A stretch of 64,000 nucleotides of DNA from a virus, in IMG/VR virus record IMGVR_UViG_3300013111_000325, positions 32,001 through 96,000 of that record, one strand, 5' to 3'. The notes under the pieces are model-generated. The model was not told where the DNA came from and did no database searches. It saw only the letters and a program-made list of their open reading frames with translations. Shown here piece by piece: positions 58,043 to 64,000 of this stretch. A program made the position numbers and the translations under genes. The first letter of the stretch is position 1. Every line of letters starts with the position of its first letter.

Positions 58043-58254
58043 TGAATTACGAAAAAGCCAGGAGATTGATTGACAACAGAATATGGACACGAGATGAACT
58101 CAAAAAACTCCGAGGAAAAACCGCAAGAGCCAGAAGCAGAAGCATTTCCGATACCCTCAAACAAGTACACACCCCCTGGCATAAAAGATTCACTCCGAAC
58201 TCTGTACACCACTCTGGAACAATTCTATTTGACCTCACATAGGATAAAGAACCC

Positions 58255-58974
58255 ATGAACGTATACATTGCCGCACCGTTCGGAAATTACATTCATAGAA
58301 GCGGTATATCAAGCATTATGGGTACTTTTACACTCAAGCAACGACCAGGGTTGATATTACAACTGATAAAAACTCTCAGGTATTCTTTTATCGACAAAGC
58401 ATGGTACAATGCTCTGGGCTTACGTAATCCTGGTATATTGGAAGGATTACATAGATATGATAAAAATAGCAGAGAACGCCTTATCAGTATCGCCGCTATA
58501 GAACCGTCCGACTGGCAATCTCTTCACGATATCATTCCATTCCATATTCCGCTAGAAATTAATATATCATGTCCAAACATTTCAAAGTTTATTCATTACG
58601 TCAAAGATATACACATATTCGCAAATCGCAATCCCATCATCAAACTGCCTCCCGAAATTCTAGATCGAGAATTAAAAGAGATATACGACATGGGTTTCCG
58701 TAGATTTCATTCATGTAATACACTCAAAACTTCCAAAGGTGCCAGAAGCGGATCCATTCTGAGAAATTTCGTTACGAATCAAATCAGAACATTAAAAGAG
58801 ATGGACGAGACCAATACCTGCATTGCGGGCGGAGGGATCACAGAAATTTTTGACATTCACTATTATCAATCTATAGGAGCCGATGCTTATTCACTAGGCT
58901 CCGTATGTTTTCATCCAATTAAGTTTAAAAAATTGATGAATGAAATAGCCCAACTCAAAAGGAAAGGTAATTGA
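58255..58974 (+). CDS. pyrD: Dihydroorotate dehydrogenase (compact, class 1-like)
   Basis: NALGLRNPG, EINISCPN, KLPP, CNT, GARSG, IAGGGI. Confidence 0.85.
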   Translation: MNVYIAAPFGNYIHRSGISSIMGTFTLKQRPGLILQLIKTLRYSFIDKAWYNALGLRNPGILEGLHRYDKNSRERLISIAAIEPSDWQSLHDIIPFHIPLEINISCPNISKFIHYVKDIHIFANRNPIIKLPPEILDRELKEIYDMGFRRFHSCNTLKTSKGARSGSILRNFVTNQIRTLKEMDETNTCIAGGGITEIFDIHYYQSIGADAYSLGSVCFHPIKFKKLMNEIAQLKRKGN

Positions 58975-59063
58975 GAAAACGTATAATATGGAAGAATCGT
59001 CCTGGTGTCAATGGATATGGTGATGTATTAAATTGCAAAAAAACACTTAATCAAAGGCTCATT

Positions 59064-59453
59064 ATGAATAAAAAAGATACATTAATAACACAAGAAGAAC
59101 TTCAATCAGAACTTTCCAAAATGCAAAAAAGACTTGAAAAGTTAGAAGCATTTCGTGAAAGGACATCCATCATTGGTCGTGAAATCGGTAAGGCACGAAT
59201 AGAAATTGAAGCAGAAGAAATCATAGGTAATTCATCATATGGATTATCCAATGCATCTCGCACACGTAGAGTAACTAATTCAAGATTTATCAAAGTAAAA
59301 ATTGAAGGTAAGACAGTTGTTCTTGCAACCGATTCAAAACAAAATGTAACTGTTTGTGTAGGTCCCAACGTGAATATACGTACAATAGATGTTAATACTG
59401 ACACCAAAATGGAAGACATAGAACAATATCTGTCTCATTTTGATTTGGTGTAG
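59064..59453 (+). CDS. Hypothetical protein
   Basis: In-frame ATG within track ORF 58971..59453. Confidence 0.55.
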   Translation: MNKKDTLITQEELQSELSKMQKRLEKLEAFRERTSIIGREIGKARIEIEAEEIIGNSSYGLSNASRTRRVTNSRFIKVKIEGKTVVLATDSKQNVTVCVGPNVNIRTIDVNTDTKMEDIEQYLSHFDLV

Positions 59454-59659
59454 TGAAACTTCGTAACTTCATGATTTGCACCAATTGTTACGAAAGTTTC
59501 TCACAAGACGCCATAGAAGTAGGAGAATTGTTTCACTGTTCTCCGGAGACCTCTGTGGTTTGCTCTGAGAAATGTAAAGAAGAAATAAGAGAGAAAGTAG
59601 CAAATGGTACTTGGAAGGATTATTATGTACGGTTTCCTGTGCGTGTTTCTGAGAAATGA
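59453..59659 (+). CDS. Small Cys-rich (zinc-binding) protein
   Basis: CxxC...CSEKC. Confidence 0.55.
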   Translation: MKLRNFMICTNCYESFSQDAIEVGELFHCSPETSVVCSEKCKEEIREKVANGTWKDYYVRFPVRVSEK

Positions 59660-59899
59660 ACAATGCTTAGGCGTCAGTAAGTCTAAAAGGGTCGCAACCT
59701 TGAGCAACAGAGTGTTCTGAGTACGCCTAAGCATTTTGAAATGGTAGTGAAACATCGTATTAGAAAACTTTGAGCGTTTCTTTGACAATTCTTAGGCGGA
59801 CTTTGAATAATCAAACCCGTGTATATTCAAATATTCAAATATTAAAAAAGAGGTTTTTTAATGTATCTCCTGTGTATTCTCTCTCACGAGTGATCGGTT

Positions 59900-60115
59900 C
59901 AAATGCAATGCAAAGAGTGTGCAAAGTGTATGCTGAGAACGTAAATAAATGTTTATGCAAGTTACTGTATATACGAATATGCAAATACTTGTATATACTC
60001 AGAGAAAATGTGAGAAACTTTCAGAAAATGCAAGTATCGTGCAAAGTATGCAATCCAAGAGTTACACTACTAGAAATGCATACTTAGAGTGCAATGCAAG
60101 AAGTGTGCTAGAAAA
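59900..60115. repeat. Non-coding tract with ten TGCAA motifs on the plus strand
   Basis: TGCAA at 59904, 59909, 59920, 59956, 59980, 60029, 60040, 60049, 60090 and 60095. Confidence 0.7.
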
Positions 60116-60130
60116 CACTCAGAGGAAAAC

Positions 60131-60159
60131 TTGACAAACGCTTGACAACGTGTTATACT
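60131..60159 (+). promoter_or_regulatory. Sigma70-like promoter
   Basis: TTGACA-17-TATACT with TG extended -10; a second TTGACA lies inside the spacer. Confidence 0.7.
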
Positions 60160-60180
60160 ACGTATGTAGCCGGTTGATGA

Positions 60181-60268
60181 ATTTGTGTATCTTATATCCT
60201 CTTATAAGTAACTCAAAGATATTTGTGTCTCTTTAATCGACTTCTAAGTAACTCAACTTGTGCTTCTC
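60181..60268 (+). repeat. Degenerate 40-nt tandem repeat (two full copies plus a partial)
   Basis: atttgtgt at 60181 and 60221; taagtaactcaa at 60205 and 60245. Confidence 0.7.
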
Positions 60269-60303
60269 TGAGAAACATAAGAGGTAGTCAAATTATGTGA
60301 CCA

Positions 60304-60368
60304 CCTCAAAAAAACTTCAAAAAAACTCTTGACAATCCTTTAGAATTTGCTATACTAATAATGTGAGT
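60304..60368 (+). promoter_or_regulatory. Early promoter cassette, copy 1
   Basis: A-rich UP element, TTGACA-16-TATACT with TG; near-identical to 60955-61017. Confidence 0.8.
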
Positions 60369-60399
60369 TGATGATTAACCTTTTCCCCAATGAGGAAAG

Positions 60400-60603
60400 A
60401 TGAGTGAAATCAGAAAAGAGACAGTAGAAGAGTTCTTGGCCAGAGGGGGTCGAGTTGAGCGAACTGAGGCAGTTCTTGGTGCGAAGTCACTGAACATGTT
60501 TTCAAAATACTCTGCGAACTACCGAGGAGGACACGGTAAGACTCGTATGGGAAAGAATGGTTCTGGTAAGGCACGTATGTCTGAATCATATTGGAGTGTA
60601 TAA
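60400..60603 (+). CDS. Small protein with a SutA-like RNAP-binding motif
   Basis: GAGGA RBS; VEEFLARGGRV motif. Confidence 0.65.
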   Translation: MSEIRKETVEEFLARGGRVERTEAVLGAKSLNMFSKYSANYRGGHGKTRMGKNGSGKARMSESYWSV

Positions 60604-60959
60604 TGGCGTTTGCTGATAGTTCTACATACTTTAATGTAGGTGACAGTTCAATCATTGGTTCCTTTGAGAATAAAGAAACTGGTAAATTCTTTGAGTATTC
60701 TGAAGGTAAAGAAGAGGATTGGGGAACCTATGCTGATTATGGGCTGAGGAATGAGTATGTTCATCGAGTTTGGGTAACTACTCCTTGGAAAATGGATAGA
60801 GGTTTTCGTATGGCAAAGGTTCTGAAAACTGTTGCCTATATTCTTCTTGATGAAGATGACTACGGAGAGCCTGTGATAGAGAAATGGAAAATCAAAAAAC
60901 ATAAAGTCTACGATAGAGAGAAGAAACACTACTGGTCAGACTATGATTTAACTTCCTAA
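60603..60959 (+). CDS. Hypothetical protein
   Basis: TAATG-coupled; VLKTVAYI..DED..G.P..EKW motif. Confidence 0.7.
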   Translation: MAFADSSTYFNVGDSSIIGSFENKETGKFFEYSEGKEEDWGTYADYGLRNEYVHRVWVTTPWKMDRGFRMAKVLKTVAYILLDEDDYGEPVIEKWKIKKHKVYDREKKHYWSDYDLTS

Positions 60960-61017
60960 AAAACTTTAAAAAAATACTTGACATTCCTTTAGAATTTGCT
61001 ATACTAATAATGTGAGT
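60955..61017 (+). promoter_or_regulatory. Early promoter cassette, copy 2
   Basis: TTGACA (60978)-16-TATACT (61000); duplicate of 60304-60368. Confidence 0.8.
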
Positions 61018-61800
61018 GAGAGAGAGAAGAGAAATTCTCCTCTGTCAATGAAGACAGTGAACCTCTCATCGGTTAGCCTTCTGTAAACGAGCCCATGCTA
61101 AGGACTATTTCCTGTTTGGGTCTGAGGGGTTACTGAGAAAATCATAATGAGACAATACGAGATATGTGATTAAGAGATGGTCACGGCCCATATTGGGTAG
61201 CAGTGACACGCACATATCTCGTATTCCTCAAGAAAGGCTGATGTCTCTCTGAGGCCCTAAAGTGGTCTAGACGAAATATCAGAGAGACGGCCGAACACCT
61301 CTATTAGGAATTGCTCAATGAGTATTGTTGACCAACTGACAATAGAGAGTTGTGGGACTGCTCTCCCCTAGTCACCTACAAAGGTTCGTAATGATGCGAG
61401 GTAGACGGCTGATGTGACGGGGAACGACAAATAAGAACACATGTGCATAAGACACATGGCAGGTTCAGTATGCACCTGTGTCCCAAGAAAATACGAAAGG
61501 TAGCCGAAGAAAAAAGCGGTAAGAGTTTTTCGCAAAGGTTCTCTGAAACAAAACCTATGCAGACTGAGCGGTGGCAGTCTTGGTGGGCCACCGTTGTTCT
61601 TTTTCTCTTGACTTTTGTTGTGTTATATGACACAATGAAACTGAAGATAAGAGAGGACATGATAACCCTCTTGACCTCTTCCTCGTGCTAACGATTGGCA
61701 GTTAGCGGTTGAAAGAGACTTATCACCTCTGACAACAACGAGTAAAGACACGCAACAGTGTCAAGACCCCAGGTCGGTTCGACTCCGGTCCTGGGGATTG
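61012..61800 (+). ncRNA. Putative large structured non-coding RNA (~790 nt)
   Basis: Strong promoter, no credible ORF, visibly higher GC, at least seven long-stem domains, a pseudoknot-like overlap and a 3' T-loop hairpin. Confidence 0.75.
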
Positions 61801-61818
61801 CTATATGTACTGACATGC

Positions 61819-61855
61819 TTGACAATTGAAAAAACCATGCTATAATATATAAATA
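61819..61855 (+). promoter_or_regulatory. Sigma70-like promoter with adjacent late promoter
   Basis: TTGACA-16-TATAAT (61819-61846) and TATAAATA (61848-61855). Confidence 0.7.
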
Positions 61856-62083
61856 ATATTTGAATAAGGATAAGTCCAGAAGCACAAGCACGGACGGGAA
61901 GGGGTGGGCATACAGTCTGAGGATGCACCTGTATATTCTCTGCACGATCTTGGTGCATCCTCTGCACACTCTCTGAATAGGGGGTGGGGGGCAATATGTT
62001 TTCGGCAAGATACTTGGGGTGTGCATAGATATACAACGAGGTTGCTATAACGGTCGAATTGAAAATTTTTTTTGGAGTAAATT

Positions 62084-62488
62084 GTGAAGAAGAAAAAAAC
62101 ATTTACAAATATCGAATTCCAAGTTCAAACCAAATACGGTTGGAAAACACTAAAAACAGAAACAGACATGCCTGATCTAGAGGTGATGGAACAATTAGAG
62201 AAGTATGAAGAAACGTATTCTGATAAAAGAGTAAGAATACATGCAGAAGGAAATAAAAAAGTTTTTGAGGATTATAATTTTTACATAGTACGCAAAGATC
62301 CTAATATGTCTTCTAAGAAAATTCCTACTGATTTCAAGCGTTTGTCAAGTTTTCCTCTGAGTGTGGAGTCAAAACTTTTAAAGACCACACAGGATGCAGG
62401 AAAAAATATTAAAGTTGTTGATGTAGATAATAATGTTTTAAGTGAAATAAATTTGGATAAAGATCGTGTAATTACGAATACAATATAA
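62084..62488 (+). CDS. Hypothetical protein
   Basis: GGAG RBS with GTG start; C-terminus resembles the next ORF. Confidence 0.6.
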   Translation: MKKKKTFTNIEFQVQTKYGWKTLKTETDMPDLEVMEQLEKYEETYSDKRVRIHAEGNKKVFEDYNFYIVRKDPNMSSKKIPTDFKRLSSFPLSVESKLLKTTQDAGKNIKVVDVDNNVLSEINLDKDRVITNTI

Positions 62489-62516
62489 GTTACGCAAATT
62501 TTTTTTTGGAGTATAA

Positions 62517-62849
62517 ATGGCTGAGAAAGTCGCAGAAGCAGAGGAAGCAAAAGAACCTGTTATCATGCCTTACAATAAGGACCAAGACAGACCTTATAAA
62601 AATCCTAAGGTACAGTTCTTCAAGACATTTGATGGAGATGGAACAGAGATCAATGATTGGCAAACATTCCATAGGGCACACAGATATTGGTCTGAGATTG
62701 ATGTTAAGGATCAATTAAATATTATTCAGTATAGGTATAAACATCTACCAGAGAAGAGAAGATTTAGAGTGATTGATGAGGATGGTAATACAATACGTGA
62801 AGTAAATCTGAATGACGAAGCGAAAGCGACTGACGATACCGAAGAATAA
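62517..62849 (+). CDS. Hypothetical protein
   Basis: GGAG RBS. Confidence 0.65.
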   Translation: MAEKVAEAEEAKEPVIMPYNKDQDRPYKNPKVQFFKTFDGDGTEINDWQTFHRAHRYWSEIDVKDQLNIIQYRYKHLPEKRRFRVIDEDGNTIREVNLNDEAKATDDTEE

Positions 62850-63405
62850 TAATGATCCTTTTGGATTAGAGTTTGAGATTGCTCTGATGAAAGCGAGGTA
62901 TGTCTACCCTGCTCCTGAGAACAAAAAGATACATCCCGATGATATATTAGGTCATGCAAAACAAATATATGAAAGCGAGATGCTTGAGAGGTCTTTGTGT
63001 GCTTTCTATGATAGTATTGTACCTGTGACTTATCGTACTACCTCTGAGCATTTATCTAATACTTTCTTACAAAAACAATCTTCATATAAAATAGTAAAAT
63101 ATAAAAGTAAAACTAATACGCATATAAGAAACATCTTTGAAATATCTTATGAATTTCTAGATGTTCTACATGTCCCAACGGGAAAGGTGATAGAGTGCAA
63201 GGTGCATAAGTCTGATGCAGGCTTGGAGAGACATAGACGTAGAATACTTGAACGGCGTAATGGAAGGCGGGATAATGATTTATCTGATTATTATCTAATA
63301 TGTCTAGATAAGGAGGATGTATTTGAAGTAACAGAGTTTTTAAGTATAGGGAATGCTGGTCGCTTTGTTCGTGAAAATTTTGAGGAGTTTATAAATGAAA
63401 ACTGA
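62812..63405 (+). CDS. Hypothetical protein, possible PD-(D/E)xK nuclease
   Basis: D-V...IECK motif. Confidence 0.45.
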   Translation: MTKRKRLTIPKNNNDPFGLEFEIALMKARYVYPAPENKKIHPDDILGHAKQIYESEMLERSLCAFYDSIVPVTYRTTSEHLSNTFLQKQSSYKIVKYKSKTNTHIRNIFEISYEFLDVLHVPTGKVIECKVHKSDAGLERHRRRILERRNGRRDNDLSDYYLICLDKEDVFEVTEFLSIGNAGRFVRENFEEFINEN

Positions 63406-64000
63406 ATTAAATAATCCAGGGTGGTTTGTTTTGGAGAATTTCTATACTCCAGAGGAAACTGATTTGGTACTGGAAAGTATTCGTCAAGTGACGGAAAATG
63501 ATGAAGTGTATCTGTATCATGACAGAGCCGACAGGTTGAGGCGAATGGAATATTTTGCCTTCTATGACGAAGTATTGAAAGATTTGGATAGAAGATTTCG
63601 GAATATATTGTACGAGGCGACTGGTGAGCAATGGAGTTTGTTTAAGGATAAGGTGAACTTTAAGCCTTCTGGTGGAGAGGGATTCTATGCACATTACGAT
63701 GGCATCTTTGAGTTTAAAAATGCGAATGGAACAACAAGTAATGGTTGGTATGAATATGCTAGAGAGTTTCTATCAGCATTACTTCTATTAGATGACTTTA
63801 CGGAAACCAATGGTGCATTAGAGTTGAGTAATATGCATGACGAGGACTGGAATACTCTATATGGTAGAACAAAACAAAATGGTACACCCGATATACGTGA
63901 AGACTTGGTGAATACTTATGATTGGACAAAGGTCATTGCAAGTAAAGGTAGTGTTTTGGTTTTTGATCATCGTGTACCTCATATGTCTCGTATGAATGAA
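63395..64000 (+). CDS. PhyH-family Fe(II)/2-oxoglutarate dioxygenase (3'-truncated)
   Basis: Read by hand: LFKDKVNFKPSGGEGFYAHYD, LDDFTETNGAL, GSVLVFD..VPH; GAGGAG RBS; runs off the window. Confidence 0.85.
   Translation, partial: MKTELNNPGWFVLENFYTPEETDLVLESIRQVTENDEVYLYHDRADRLRRMEYFAFYDEVLKDLDRRFRNILYEATGEQWSLFKDKVNFKPSGGEGFYAHYDGIFEFKNANGTTSNGWYEYAREFLSALLLLDDFTETNGALELSNMHDEDWNTLYGRTKQNGTPDIREDLVNTYDWTKVIASKGSVLVFDHRVPHMSRMNE

Noticed and set aside
58042..58258. Dual-coding overlap of ORFs 58042 and 58070
   Set aside because: Each has one coupling signal but neither has a recognisable motif; cannot decide which is real
131..59788. Numerous minus-strand ORFs in the track
   Set aside because: Antisense shadows of well-supported plus-strand genes
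59770..60134. Track ORFs 59770+ and 59949+
   Set aside because: Likely by-products of the TGCAA repeat tract; no RBS
60181..60268. CRISPR array
   Set aside because: Only two degenerate units, no spacer-length unique sequence and no cas genes
61236..61292. Hammerhead ribozyme (ctgatg...cgaaa)
   Set aside because: Core is CTGATGT rather than CTGANGA, and the stem topology does not fit
61670..61700. HDV-like or theta ribozyme suggested by tcctcgtg
   Set aside because: Could not form the required P3 and P1 pairings
61720..61800. Complete tRNA gene
   Set aside because: Only the T-loop and an adjacent stem exist; no D arm, 7-nt anticodon loop or distal 5' acceptor strand could be built
61376..62102. 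Track ORFs 61443+, 61376-, 61688-, 61761-
   Set aside because: No convincing RBS, atypical composition, and overlap with structured or regulatory sequence
1..64000. Stop-codon reassignment
   Set aside because: Core genes are full length under the standard code, and TAA, TGA and TAG all end genes

Overview
This 64 kb, AT-rich window is almost entirely plus-strand coding and comes from a large T4-like (myovirus-type) bacteriophage; the gene content suggests an aquatic or marine host, which is inference only. From left to right it holds: an M15 endolysin; the replication core (gp43 PolB, UvsX, gp41 helicase, gp61 primase, ThyX, class II RNR, RuvC-like resolvase); a block of likely capsid-packaged proteins and tail-fibre genes; and a long accessory region rich in host-like metabolic genes (AmtB, AapJ-type amino-acid binding protein, PRPP synthetase, two PRTases, IscA/IscU, bS21, CCA-adding enzyme, half-size Na/Pi transporter, MotA/TolQ-like trio, PEPCK, FeoA, DHODH, PhyH-type dioxygenase). 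The most striking observations are: (1) a ~790-nt promoter-driven, protein-free, multi-domain structured RNA at 61.0-61.8 kb ending in a tRNA T-arm-like minihelix, inside an unusual non-coding locus (59.66-62.08 kb) with TGCAA repeats, a 40-nt tandem repeat and duplicated promoter cassettes; (2) a set of late genes with T4 capsid-targeting-like N-termini (MKSFK..E) plus modular proteins punctuated by prohead-protease-like (I/L/V)xE sites, whose possible cargo includes a CCA-adding enzyme fused to a 2H phosphoesterase and SutA-like RNA-polymerase-binding peptides; (3) an orphan Pycsar-effector-like gene. All family calls come from recognising motifs by eye; no searches were run.
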